A stretch of DNA of 42,521 nucleotides from Patescibacteria group bacterium (lineage in GTDB: Bacteria > Patescibacteriota > Microgenomatia > UBA1406 > GWC2-37-13). The number at the start of each line of letters is the position of its first letter. Within the stretch, counting starts at the first letter, position 1. A model generated the notes under the pieces. It saw only the letters and a list, made by a program, of their open reading frames with translations, did no database searches and was not told where the DNA came from. Made by a program: the position numbers and the translations under genes. The DNA is taken from positions 1-42,521 of the forward strand of contig JBBTSP010000001.1 in assembly GCA_038064655.1 (NCBI GenBank), given 5' to 3'. Below, piece by piece: positions 1 to 9,629 of the stretch.

Positions 1-1
1 C

Positions 2-244
2 ATCGAAAAACCGGTATTGATCGATTGGGTTAACGGAGGTTATATGGTTTTTGATAAGCGAGTATTTAATTATTTTAAAATTGGTGAGACCGAACATCCG
101 GCTTTAAAAAGATTGTCAAATAACAAACAGTTATCTGCCAGTAAGCACGATGGGTTTTGGTTTTGCATGGATACCTATAAAGAAGTGGAAGATTTAAATA
201 AAATTTGGAAGACGGGCAAGGCGCCGTGGAAGATATGGAAATAA
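2..244 (+). CDS. rfbF: Glucose-1-phosphate cytidylyltransferase, 3' part (truncated by window edge)
   Basis: Frame is open from base 2 (IEKPVLIDWVNGGYMVF...). C-terminal HDGFWFCMDT and KAPWKIW motifs are typical of RfbF/DdhA. Overlaps the rfbG start. Confidence 0.9.
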   Translation: MEKPVLIDWVNGGYMVFDKRVFNYFKIGETEHPALKRLSNNKQLSASKHDGFWFCMDTYKEVEDLNKIWKTGKAPWKIWK

Positions 245-1185
245 AAAATAAAAACATCTTAGTTACCGGTGGAGCGGGTTTTGTTGGCGGACATTTGGTC
301 GAAGAATTAATTAAACTAAAAGCCAATGTAATTGTTGTTGATATCAATCTTGATAAACAGTCTTATCTATTTACAGAAAATCTTCATAAAAAATCCAAAG
401 TTATTAACCTGGACATCTGCAATTATAAAAAAATATCAGCGTTAATTAAAAAATATAAAATTGAATTTATTTTTCATTTGGCCGCCCAGGCTTTGGTTGA
501 GGAGGGTTATAAAAATCCAAAATATACTTTAGAAAATAATATCGTCAGTACAATCAACATTCTTGAGGCAGTGCGAATTAATCCACAAATCAAAGGGTTA
601 ATCGTTGCATCATCAGACAAAGCTTATGGAAAACTGAACAAAACCAAATATACCGAAGACTTCCCCCTCTCGGGTAACCATCCTTATGATACTTCAAAAT
701 CGGTCACAGATCTAATCAGTACGACTTATTTCAAAACCTATAAAATCCCGGTCGTTGTTACCCGATTTGGAAATATTTACGGCGAAGGCGATCTAAATTT
801 CTCCAGAATTATTCCGGGGATTATGAAATCTATAATTCAGAATTCAGAATTGAGAATTAGAAGCAATGGCAAGTATGTGAGGGATTATCTATATGTCAAG
901 GATGTCGTAAACGGCTATTTATTGTTAGCTGAAAATATTGAAAAAGTTAGGGGTGAGGCTTTTAATTTCGGATCAGATGAGACGCTAACCGTTTTGGATT
1001 TAATAAAATTAACTGGAAAAATTTTAAATAAGAAAATAAAATTTAAAATTTTAAATATGGCCTATAACGAAATCCCCTACCAGTCGCTTGATTATTCAAA
1101 GATAAAAAAAACTTTGGGTTGGAAACCAAAAGAAAGCATCAAATCAACAGCGAAGAAAATATTTGGGTGGTATAAATATAAATAA
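235..1185 (+). CDS. rfbG: CDP-glucose 4,6-dehydratase-like extended SDR
   Basis: TGGAGFVG Rossmann motif, HLAAQALV, SSDKAYG, YDTSK (YxxxK), TRFGNIYGEGD. Directly follows rfbF. ATG at 235 preferred over the non-ATG start at 205. Confidence 0.85.
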   Translation: MEIKNKNILVTGGAGFVGGHLVEELIKLKANVIVVDINLDKQSYLFTENLHKKSKVINLDICNYKKISALIKKYKIEFIFHLAAQALVEEGYKNPKYTLENNIVSTINILEAVRINPQIKGLIVASSDKAYGKLNKTKYTEDFPLSGNHPYDTSKSVTDLISTTYFKTYKIPVVVTRFGNIYGEGDLNFSRIIPGIMKSIIQNSELRIRSNGKYVRDYLYVKDVVNGYLLLAENIEKVRGEAFNFGSDETLTVLDLIKLTGKILNKKIKFKILNMAYNEIPYQSLDYSKIKKTLGWKPKESIKSTAKKIFGWYKYK

Positions 1186-1212
1186 GAAGGATGGAATAAA
1201 ATTTATTAATTC

Positions 1213-2454
1213 CTATAGTTTCCAAAACGGAATAAAATTCACTTTTGTTTTACCAAATGTTTTTTGTTCATTTAATGTCAGATTTACAACAATAGCTTCT
1301 TCTGGATCATATTTATTCAAAAATACAGATAATGATTTTTCAATTTTCGGTGATTTAAGTGCAGAATATTTTACTTCGATGGGTGTTATTTTAGCACCCT
1401 CATCAATAATGAAATCAACTTCCCTACCAGTAGTCGTTCTCCAAAACTTTATGCGAGCATTGCTCCACCGATTGCGCTCTAAAAGGATATTCGTGATAAA
1501 ATTTTGAAACGCAAAACTATAATCTTTCTCCTGAAGATTGCCAAAAACACCTAATAATGAATTACGTAATCCAAGATCATTAAAATATACGATGGGTGAT
1601 TTTACGATTTCTTTATAATCATTCTTAAAATATGGCGTAATTAGATTAACCGTAAAGGTTTTTTTTGCGTACCAAAGATATTTTTTCAATGTTGGAAAGC
1701 TAATATGAGAATCCCTGCAAAGATTGGCATATGAGATTATTTGTCCTGTTTGCGCTGCCATTAATCTAAGTAAAAGTTCAAAAGATTCAACTCGATCAAC
1801 TTTCAAAAAATATGCAATATCTTTTTCTGCATAGCTTCGGAAGATTTCATTAATAATTTTTTTCTTTTCCTCTTGTTCCAAGGACAATATTACTCGAGGA
1901 TATCCACCAAAATTTAGATATTCTTTGAGCAGTCTTAAAGATAATTCTTGATTGATATGAAAAAAATCAGTTAAACGATCAGTATATTTATAATCTGTTT
2001 TGAAGTCAGAAAATTCAGTAAAAGTTATGGGACTCATCTCAAACAGTCTTTTTCGTCCAGCAAGCGATTCATGAATCTTTTCCTTAAGTTCAAGACTTCC
2101 GGACCCTGAAACTATAAGTTTGTATGGAGTATTCGAATCATATATTCCCTTTAAGAATATTCCTGCGTCCGTTTTACGTTGGATTTCATCTATAAAAACA
2201 TAGCCTTTTTTATCGCCAAATTCTAGACGCAGACGATCTAAAAGAATTGCCTGAGAAGTAAAAAAACGAACGTCTGCCTCAACGTCCAAATTTAAAAATA
2301 TGGCTTTTTCACCTGATTGAAGTACTTGGTTATACAGGTTAGTCATAAGAGTAGTTTTCCCAACCTGACGTGCGCCAACAATCATTGTTATTTCTTTTTT
2401 TGAAAGATGTGTTTTTATATCTTTTGATATTGTTCGATTTATTATATTGCTCAT
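1213..2454 (-). CDS. AAA+ ATPase (AAA_14) with DUF4143 / PD-(D/E)xK-like C-terminus
   Basis: Walker A GARQVGKT, Walker B FIDEIQ, SGS, LAGR, GGYP, YFNDLGLRN, C-terminal EVDFII...PIEVK. Confidence 0.9.
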   Translation of the reverse strand: MSNIINRTISKDIKTHLSKKEITMIVGARQVGKTTLMTNLYNQVLQSGEKAIFLNLDVEADVRFFTSQAILLDRLRLEFGDKKGYVFIDEIQRKTDAGIFLKGIYDSNTPYKLIVSGSGSLELKEKIHESLAGRKRLFEMSPITFTEFSDFKTDYKYTDRLTDFFHINQELSLRLLKEYLNFGGYPRVILSLEQEEKKKIINEIFRSYAEKDIAYFLKVDRVESFELLLRLMAAQTGQIISYANLCRDSHISFPTLKKYLWYAKKTFTVNLITPYFKNDYKEIVKSPIVYFNDLGLRNSLLGVFGNLQEKDYSFAFQNFITNILLERNRWSNARIKFWRTTTGREVDFIIDEGAKITPIEVKYSALKSPKIEKSLSVFLNKYDPEEAIVVNLTLNEQKTFGKTKVNFIPFWKL

Positions 2455-2484
2455 AATGTTAGATAATCATTAAACTACACTTTA

Positions 2485-2512
2485 ATTATAAACGGTTTAT
2501 TATGAAAGTCAA
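2485..2512 (-). promoter_or_regulatory. Sigma70-type promoter of the AAA+ gene with overlapping palindrome
   Basis: Minus strand TTGACT (2512-2507), 16-nt spacer, TATAAT (2490-2485). Inverted repeat ATAAAC-G-GTTTAT at 2488-2500. Confidence 0.6.
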
Positions 2513-2515
2513 ATT

Positions 2516-2598
2516 GAATTAATTTACGAATTAATTTGCGAGCATAACCCGAGAATATGTGGAATGCAATTGCTTTTTTTGCCGAGAATATGCGGGAT
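2516..2598. repeat. Short intergenic direct repeats
   Basis: GAATTAATTT(A/G)C twice in tandem (2516-2539). CCGAGAATATG(T/C)GG(A/G)AT twice (2549-2565, 2582-2598; 15/17 identical). Confidence 0.75.
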
Positions 2599-2612
2599 AG
2601 ATCAATAAATTA

Positions 2613-2648
2613 AAATCAACCACAGAAAGAATATTGGATTGGTATAAA
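2613..2648 (+). pseudogene. Orphan second copy of the rfbG 3' end
   Basis: Translates KSTTERILDWYK versus rfbG tail KSTAKKIFGWYK. 27/36 nt match to 1141-1176 without gaps. Confidence 0.55.
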
Positions 2649-2652
2649 AAAA

Positions 2653-3786
2653 TTATTTTGTTTTTTTCTTTTTTACCTTATTTACTATTTTGATGGGTGT
2701 CATATCGATTCCCCTTTGATATATTGATTTTTTAAGCTCTTCGTTATAAGCATAAGGACTGTCAATCATATCAATAAAAATTGGCTCATCTTTTTTAACA
2801 GATTTGATAAGTAATTCCCCATCCATCAGTTCACGACATGAAATTTGACCTTTCAAAAGAGGTACGGCCAAATATACATCTTCATCGCTTAATTTGTGAT
2901 TTACAGGTAAATCTTTTTTTACGTAAACACCTCTAATAAGTTGATCTAAATAAGCAATTTCTTTTTTTGGAGGGACTCTTTTATTATTTCCTGAGTTTCC
3001 GCACATTTCTCGAGCTTTGTTAAATGCTTTAAACCAAATATCAATCTGTTCTGGAAGCGAACAATAGGGCGATACTTCTTTGTCTGAAGTTTTGATATCT
3101 ATATGTCTTTCAAAAGTTCGAGCGCCTTTAGCATAAGCAACCAACATGGAAGAAGACCAATCGTGGTATTCATGAGTAGAGAAACCGATAACATGACCCG
3201 GATATCTTTCTTTTAAAAAGTCTATTTGATTTAACTCAAGTTCATTATCTTCCGAAGGATATAATGAGACGCAGTGATTAATAGCAAAGGGAATATTTCT
3301 ATTTTCAAAAAATTTAACCAGATCATCCATATCCTTTAATGAAGATCCTCCGGTTGATGCTATGACTGGTTTTTTGGTTTTAGCAATTTTTTCAATAAGA
3401 ATCCAATCATTAATATCGGAACTGGCTAATTTTATGATCTCAATTCCAAGTTCTGTGCAAAGATCAACCGACCTTTCGTCAAAGGGAGTAGCCATAGGGA
3501 TACAACCATTTTTTTTAATCGAGTTAATCATAATTTCATAATCATCATCTGACATTTGAGTGGATAAAGTTTTTTTTATATACCTCACATCGGTTCTATT
3601 TTTATATTTTTTATGAATGAAATTATTTACATCCCTGAATTGAAGTTTGATTGCGGCCCGGACGCTATTGAATCGAACTATTTTTGAAAAATCCCCTATT
3701 ATTTTTAATCCCCTATTTAAATCACCCCAGTGATTATTAGCTAATTCTAAAACGAATAGGTCATCAAAAATTGTTTTATTGTTCAT
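2653..3786 (-). CDS. NeuB-family PEP-dependent ulosonic acid synthase (divergent) with C-terminal SAF-like domain
   Basis: ELANNHWGD, IKLQ, ATPFD, KLASSD, STGG, HCVSLYP, GFSTH and FERH match the NeuB motif order, with non-canonical residues (usual SDH, EKH). Confidence 0.85.
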   Translation of the reverse strand: MNNKTIFDDLFVLELANNHWGDLNRGLKIIGDFSKIVRFNSVRAAIKLQFRDVNNFIHKKYKNRTDVRYIKKTLSTQMSDDDYEIMINSIKKNGCIPMATPFDERSVDLCTELGIEIIKLASSDINDWILIEKIAKTKKPVIASTGGSSLKDMDDLVKFFENRNIPFAINHCVSLYPSEDNELELNQIDFLKERYPGHVIGFSTHEYHDWSSSMLVAYAKGARTFERHIDIKTSDKEVSPYCSLPEQIDIWFKAFNKAREMCGNSGNNKRVPPKKEIAYLDQLIRGVYVKKDLPVNHKLSDEDVYLAVPLLKGQISCRELMDGELLIKSVKKDEPIFIDMIDSPYAYNEELKKSIYQRGIDMTPIKIVNKVKKKKTK

Positions 3787-3857
3787 ATATAAATATTTGA
3801 TAAATTTATAGGATAATTTTTATCACAATATTTTTATAATGTCAACAGATTTAGATT

Positions 3858-4736
3858 TTACTGAAGCGATTTAATAATAAAATTATGAATTGATTCAACT
3901 TTTAAATTGGTAAAAGTAAAGGGAAGATGACTATCGATTAATATTCCTCGGTCGTTACCTTCAGGCATATTTCCAAAAACAGCCACTTGTTCATCTTTTA
4001 AATTCAATTTTTTAATAATCGTTTTTAGCGCATAAAGTTTTGGATCAATTTTAAATGAGCGGCTGATTTGTAAAAATACATCATCCCCTTTTACGACTGA
4101 AAATTTATTGTCTAAATTTTGACTTATTTTATCTTTAAATAAATTAATAATTTTTTTATGGCTTTTTATATTATTAGGTAAAATAAAGGCAACTTTCGCT
4201 TCTTCCGAAAAGCAAATTCCTTTATACAATTTATTTTCTTCAATAAAATTATTAGGAATCAATTTTAACCAATTTTTTTTCAAAAATGATTTATGAATCT
4301 TTATTCCTAAATCATTTAATTCTGACGAAGTTATTTTTAAATCTAAATAAATTTTTTTACCTAATTTCATAATTATTTTAGCCTCTTCAAAGGTAAGGGC
4401 ATTATCATAAATTTTGAATAATCCTTTATTTGAATATTGATATAATATTGACCCATTTCCACCACCAATAAATATTGGTTTTATATTTTGATTTTTTTTA
4501 TAAAATTTTTCAAAATTTTTAATATGCAAGTCAAAAAATGATGAGCAACGGGCAGATAATATTAAACAAAATCTTTTTTTTAACAAAACCTTTTTAATTA
4601 ATAAAAATGCTTTTTGATGATTGAATTTTTTGTCTCCTATATCATAAATAGTTCCATCATAGTCAAAAACATAAAGCTTGATTTTATTTTTTATTTTTTT
4701 AGCTATTTTAGATGTATCAACTAATTTTATTTTCAT
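3858..4736 (-). CDS. HAD-superfamily hydrolase (IIB-like), probable phosphatase
   Basis: Motif I FDYDGT, motif II LSAR, motif III Lys (DPK), motif IV variant FGNMPEGND. Confidence 0.7.
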   Translation of the reverse strand: MKIKLVDTSKIAKKIKNKIKLYVFDYDGTIYDIGDKKFNHQKAFLLIKKVLLKKRFCLILSARCSSFFDLHIKNFEKFYKKNQNIKPIFIGGGNGSILYQYSNKGLFKIYDNALTFEEAKIIMKLGKKIYLDLKITSSELNDLGIKIHKSFLKKNWLKLIPNNFIEENKLYKGICFSEEAKVAFILPNNIKSHKKIINLFKDKISQNLDNKFSVVKGDDVFLQISRSFKIDPKLYALKTIIKKLNLKDEQVAVFGNMPEGNDRGILIDSHLPFTFTNLKVESIHNFIIKSLQ

Positions 4737-4777
4737 AGAATATGAATTGATACTGGTATTATAGTATAATTCTACAT

Positions 4778-6586
4778 ATGCAATCAGATATTGTTAAAAT
4801 CTCCGATTATGTTATTGATTATTTAGTCTCCCTTGGCATTAAAAATATATTCCTCATTTCTGGCGGCGGATGTATTCATTTAATTGATTCGGTTGGAAAA
4901 AATAAAAAAATAAAATTCATTTGCAATCACCACGAACAAGCCTCTGCGATTGCCGCCGAAGCTTATTCGCGTGTGACCGAGAAAATAAGCGCTTGTTTGG
5001 TGACAACTGGTCCGGGAAGTACAAATACTCTAACGGGATTAATCGGGGCCTGGCTCGATTCAATTCCAATGATTTTTATATCCGGTCAAGTAAAAAGGGA
5101 AACAATCGCCGATTATTCTAAATTACGTCAGATAGGAGATCAGGAAATAAACATTATTGATATGGTAAAACCGGTGACAAAGTATGCTGTGACTATTTTC
5201 AAGGAAGAGGAAATATCCTATCACATGGAAAAGGCTGTGTACTTGGCAACTCATGGCAGGCCAGGACCTGTTTGGATTAATATCCCGCTTGATATTCAAG
5301 GAGCAAAAATTCAAAAATCTTTACTAAAACATTTCAGTCAAAAAGAAATTGAAAAAACTATCATCAACCAAAAGGAACTAAAAAAAGAAGTTGAATTTAT
5401 CATTGAAAAAATTAAAAAAGCAAAACGCCCCTTACTTTTTGTAGGAAACGGGGTAAGATTGTCCGGAGCCCAAAAAGAACTTTTAAATTTAATTTCTTTG
5501 CTGAAGATCCCGGTTGTCACCGGTTTTGCTGGTTTTGATATGATCTCTTCCTCAAATCCTTATTTTGCTGGTCGACCGGGAACAATCGGTCAACGATCCG
5601 GAAATTTTGCCGTCCAAAATTCAGACCTGTTACTGGTAATTGGTTCTAAATTAAATATCAGGATGATTGGATATGATTTTAAATCTTTTGCCAGAGGCGC
5701 ATACAAGATAATGGCAGATATAGATAAGGAAGAAATGAGTAAGCCAACTCTTTCGATTGATAAAAAAATACTGTCTGATGCAAAAGATTTTATAAATGAA
5801 ATGATTATTCAATTAAAAAATTACCCAATCAGATTATCAATAGAAAATTGGATAACTAAAACTAAATATTGGAAAAAAAAATATCCAACAGTTTTGCCAC
5901 AGTATTGGCAAGAAAAAAAAGTTAATCCTTATTGTTTCATTGATACTTTGTCAAAATATCTAAACAAAAATGATGTAATAGCCGTATCAAATGCCACAGC
6001 GGCAATATGTACTTATCAAGCGATTCGTTTTCCGCAGGGCTTAAGAATAATAAATAATTCAGGATGTGCCGCGATGGGTTATGGACTTCCGGCCGCAATA
6101 GGCGCAAGCGTTGCCAACAAAAAAGGTAGAACAATCTGCCTTGAAGGTGATGGAAGTATTCAAATGAATGTTCAAGAATTTCAAACGATAGTTCATAACA
6201 AATTACCACTTAAAATATTTGTTTATAATAATAAGGGTTATGTCTCAATACGATTAACACAAAACGGATTGTTTGATGGAAGGTTAGTTGCCTCAAGCGA
6301 GGGCAGTGGGGTAAGTTGTCCCGACGTTATCAAAATAGCCAAAGCTTATGGAATTCATACAGAAAGGATTGTCAGTCATAAAGGTATGGATCAGATTGTT
6401 AAAAAAGTTTTGTCATATAAAGGTCCAGTCGTATGCGAAATAGTTGTTTCTCCGAATATGCAGTTTATGCCGAAGTCGGCCAGTATGCAGTTAAAAGATG
6501 GATCATTTGTTTCTCGTCCGCTTGAAGACATGGCCCCTTTCTTATCGAGAGAAGAATTAAAAGATAATATGTATATTTCACTATGA
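4778..6586 (+). CDS. ThDP-dependent enzyme 1 (acetolactate synthase-like, YerE-type sugar-branching carboligase)
   Basis: HHEQ catalytic Glu, TTGPGSTN, WLDSIP, RPGPVW, GDGS...NNKGY ThDP motif, RPLEDMAPFL tail. Sugar-cluster context and no small regulatory subunit. Confidence 0.85.
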   Translation: MQSDIVKISDYVIDYLVSLGIKNIFLISGGGCIHLIDSVGKNKKIKFICNHHEQASAIAAEAYSRVTEKISACLVTTGPGSTNTLTGLIGAWLDSIPMIFISGQVKRETIADYSKLRQIGDQEINIIDMVKPVTKYAVTIFKEEEISYHMEKAVYLATHGRPGPVWINIPLDIQGAKIQKSLLKHFSQKEIEKTIINQKELKKEVEFIIEKIKKAKRPLLFVGNGVRLSGAQKELLNLISLLKIPVVTGFAGFDMISSSNPYFAGRPGTIGQRSGNFAVQNSDLLLVIGSKLNIRMIGYDFKSFARGAYKIMADIDKEEMSKPTLSIDKKILSDAKDFINEMIIQLKNYPIRLSIENWITKTKYWKKKYPTVLPQYWQEKKVNPYCFIDTLSKYLNKNDVIAVSNATAAICTYQAIRFPQGLRIINNSGCAAMGYGLPAAIGASVANKKGRTICLEGDGSIQMNVQEFQTIVHNKLPLKIFVYNNKGYVSIRLTQNGLFDGRLVASSEGSGVSCPDVIKIAKAYGIHTERIVSHKGMDQIVKKVLSYKGPVVCEIVVSPNMQFMPKSASMQLKDGSFVSRPLEDMAPFLSREELKDNMYISL

Positions 6587-7449
6587 ACAAAATAAAAAAA
6601 ACAGTTTTCATTACCGGAGCGGGAGGGTTTATTGGAAAAAATCTTACAGAGCAGTTAAGTAAAAAATATAATTTATTAACTCCTGGTCATAAAGATTTGG
6701 ATCTATTGGATGAAAAAGCGGTTAATGATTTTTTTAAGAAAAATAAAATTGACGTCGTTATTAATTGCGCGGTCATCGGAGGAAGCCGAAAAGAAGAACA
6801 TGTTGATTCTTCCCTATTAGGAAACTTAAGAATTTTTTTTAATCTTTTAAAAAACAAAAATAAATACAAAAAAATGATTCATTTTGGGTCAGGAGCGGAA
6901 TATGACAAAAGCAAACCCATTATTCAAGTTAAAGAAACCGATCTGGGCAATACAATCCCACAGGATGAATACGGTTTTTTTAAATACATCTGTTCAAAAT
7001 ACATCGAGAAAGAAAAAAATATTGTTTGCATTAGAATCTTTGGATTATTTGGCAAATATGAGGACTATCGTTACAGGTTTATTTCAAATGCGATTGTCAA
7101 TAATTCAAGCGGGCTTCCAATAACCATGAACCAAAACGTATTTTTTGACTATGTTTATATAAATGATTTTATTAGGATCGTTGATCACTTTATAAATCAT
7201 AAAGCTAAATATAAATTTTATAATTCAGGGACAGGAAATAAGATAGATATATTAACAATTGCTAAAAAAATAAATTTAATTTCTGATAAAAAATCAAAAA
7301 TAATAATAAAAAATAAGGGATGGAATAATGAATATACTTGTGATAATAAAAGATTAAAAAATGAATTGAAAAAATTTAAATTTACTTCTTTTGACGAATC
7401 TCTTAAGGAATTATATAGATGGTATAAAGAAATATGGAAAAGAAATTAG
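6583..7449 (+). CDS. NAD-dependent epimerase/dehydratase/reductase (extended SDR)
   Basis: TGAGGFIG, GSGAEY, YGFFK (YxxxK). ATGA overlap with ThDP enzyme 1. Confidence 0.85.
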   Translation: MNKIKKTVFITGAGGFIGKNLTEQLSKKYNLLTPGHKDLDLLDEKAVNDFFKKNKIDVVINCAVIGGSRKEEHVDSSLLGNLRIFFNLLKNKNKYKKMIHFGSGAEYDKSKPIIQVKETDLGNTIPQDEYGFFKYICSKYIEKEKNIVCIRIFGLFGKYEDYRYRFISNAIVNNSSGLPITMNQNVFFDYVYINDFIRIVDHFINHKAKYKFYNSGTGNKIDILTIAKKINLISDKKSKIIIKNKGWNNEYTCDNKRLKNELKKFKFTSFDESLKELYRWYKEIWKRN

Positions 7450-8552
7450 GCGATTTATTATCAAAAACTGCTAATCACTACAAAGAATTAATATTAAAAA
7501 ATAATCCGAAATTTAATTTTAAAAAACCTGTTGTCTTATTCGGCGCTGCCAAACTATCACCTTATTTTATTAAATATTTTGAAAGCAAAAGAACAAAAAT
7601 TCTGTCTTTAACAGATAATGACAAAAGTAAAATTGGAAAAAAATTATTAGGATTAACGATTATTAGTAAAAAAAATTTACTTAAAAAATTTGGTAAAAAT
7701 ATACAGATAGTCGTCGCATCAGTCCACTACGACGAAATAATTAAAGAGCTTAAAAAAATGGGATTTAATAATGTGTTTAATCCAATGTTTTTTTTCACAT
7801 TAGATCACAAGGATTTTAATTTATTGACTTGGAGGAACAACATTGATTTAATCTTTAAAAATAAGAAAAAAATAAAATCGGCGTTTGCATTGTTTAAAGA
7901 TGAAAAGTCAAAAAAGATATATATAGAAATACTCAGATTTAGATTAGCATTTGATCAATCAATTTTCAGCAAGATTAAAGATGATAAAACAGAGTATTTT
8001 GATGAAAAAATAATTAAATTATCCCCAAAAGAAATATTTCTCGACGGCGGAGCCTATGATGGAGATACTGTCAAAATGTTTATTGAAAAATCTAAAAATA
8101 TTTTTAATAAAATATATGCTTTTGAGCCAGATGATAGTAATTATATTCAACTAAGTAAATATATAAACAAACTTTCTGATAAACGAATAATCAGTTATAA
8201 GATCGGATTAGGTGAAAAAAAAGAAAAATTATATTTTACAAATGAGGGAAATCTTCAATCTAAAATTACAAGCAAAAGTAAAACATTAATAAAAATATTG
8301 CCGATAGATTTTTTGAAAGATATTATTTTTACATATATAAAGTTAGATATAGAGGGATTTGAGAAGCAGGCATTGTTGGGCGCAAAAAAAATGATAAGTA
8401 AATTCAAACCAAAATTAGCAGTTTGTTTATATCATAATATTGAGGATTTATGGGATGTTCCTTGCTTAATAAATACGATTAACAAAAATTACAAATTTTA
8501 TATACGTCATTATACAAATTTTTTATTTGATACAATTTGCTATGCTGTCTAA
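7434..8552 (+). CDS. FkbM-family O-methyltransferase
   Basis: FLDGGAYDGD, AFEPD, IKLDIEGFE, KPKLAVCLYH. N-terminal Rossmann-like extension. Confidence 0.85.
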   Translation: MEKKLGDLLSKTANHYKELILKNNPKFNFKKPVVLFGAAKLSPYFIKYFESKRTKILSLTDNDKSKIGKKLLGLTIISKKNLLKKFGKNIQIVVASVHYDEIIKELKKMGFNNVFNPMFFFTLDHKDFNLLTWRNNIDLIFKNKKKIKSAFALFKDEKSKKIYIEILRFRLAFDQSIFSKIKDDKTEYFDEKIIKLSPKEIFLDGGAYDGDTVKMFIEKSKNIFNKIYAFEPDDSNYIQLSKYINKLSDKRIISYKIGLGEKKEKLYFTNEGNLQSKITSKSKTLIKILPIDFLKDIIFTYIKLDIEGFEKQALLGAKKMISKFKPKLAVCLYHNIEDLWDVPCLINTINKNYKFYIRHYTNFLFDTICYAV

Positions 8553-8557
8553 CATCT

Positions 8558-9628
8558 ATGAATAAAATTAGAGTTTGTCCAATTTGTTTAAATAGTAAAA
8601 GCGAATTATTACATATCCAAAAATTTGCTGATCATTTTGAACATAAAATAGTCAGCTGTACTTATTGTGATTTTATTTATGTTAATAATGCGCCTTCTCA
8701 AAAATATTACGATGCATATTACAAAAATCAATCAAAATATGAAGGAACAAGACAACATGAAATGCATGATAAATTTACTTTTGAAACATTTAGTTTTATT
8801 TTGAAAAAATATATACTCAAAGATGCAGAGATTCTTGATGTAGGGTGTTCAACAGGAAAATTACTTTATTTTATTAAGCAAAAAAGTTATAGAAATTTGT
8901 TAGGAATTGAGCCGGCTCCGGAATGTAAAATAATTGCAAAAAAAAATTATGATATCACGGTTAAGACATCAACTTTAGATAACTTTAAAACCAAAAAAAA
9001 ATACGATTTAATAATATTTTCCCAAGTCTTCGAACATTTAGTTGATCTGAGAAATACCATTATTAAAGGGAGATCTTTGTTGAAAGATGAAGGAATGATT
9101 TTTATCGGCGTTCCTGATGCAGGGAATTTCTATAAAGAATTTGACGAGCCGTATGGAGAATTTTCAACTGAGCACATTAATTTTTTTACAAAACAGTCTT
9201 TATCAATGTTGCTTAACGGATTTGAAAATGTTTATATAAAAACTGATAATTTTGCCCTTCTATCTCTTTGGTTGAAAAAAAATAAAAAGGAAGCAAGCAT
9301 AAACAAATATATAAATTTATCTCAATTGAAAATGAAAAAAATATTAAAAACTATTAATTCCTTGCCAAAAAATACAATTGTTTGGGGAGTTGGAGCTTTA
9401 ACTCAAAGACTGTTAAAAACTACCAATATAAAAAATAAAGTTTTTAAATTTGTTGATAGTAATATAAATTTAATAGGAAAAAAAATTGATAGTATTAATA
9501 TAATTTCTCCTAATGAATTAAAATACTATAATAATCCAGTATTGATTTGTTCGTTTAGATTTAAAAAAGAAATTATAATGTATATTCGTAAAAACAAAAT
9601 TAAAAATAAAATTTTAACTTTTAAATAA
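8558..9628 (+). CDS. Class I SAM-dependent methyltransferase with N-terminal zinc ribbon (NDP-sugar methyltransferase-like)
   Basis: CPIC...CTYC, LDVGCSTG, GIEP, VFEHL, EHINFF, C-terminal WGVG domain. ATG at 8558. Confidence 0.8.
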   Translation: MNKIRVCPICLNSKSELLHIQKFADHFEHKIVSCTYCDFIYVNNAPSQKYYDAYYKNQSKYEGTRQHEMHDKFTFETFSFILKKYILKDAEILDVGCSTGKLLYFIKQKSYRNLLGIEPAPECKIIAKKNYDITVKTSTLDNFKTKKKYDLIIFSQVFEHLVDLRNTIIKGRSLLKDEGMIFIGVPDAGNFYKEFDEPYGEFSTEHINFFTKQSLSMLLNGFENVYIKTDNFALLSLWLKKNKKEASINKYINLSQLKMKKILKTINSLPKNTIVWGVGALTQRLLKTTNIKNKVFKFVDSNINLIGKKIDSINIISPNELKYYNNPVLICSFRFKKEIIMYIRKNKIKNKILTFK

Positions 9629-9629
9629 T

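Noticed and set aside
2549-2598. Mini CRISPR array
   Set aside because: Only two 17-nt copies with a 16-nt gap and no cas genes.
2653-3786. Canonical sialic/legionaminic/pseudaminic acid pathway
   Set aside because: No CMP-synthetase, epimerase or precursor genes in the window, and the motifs are divergent. It cannot be excluded genome-wide.
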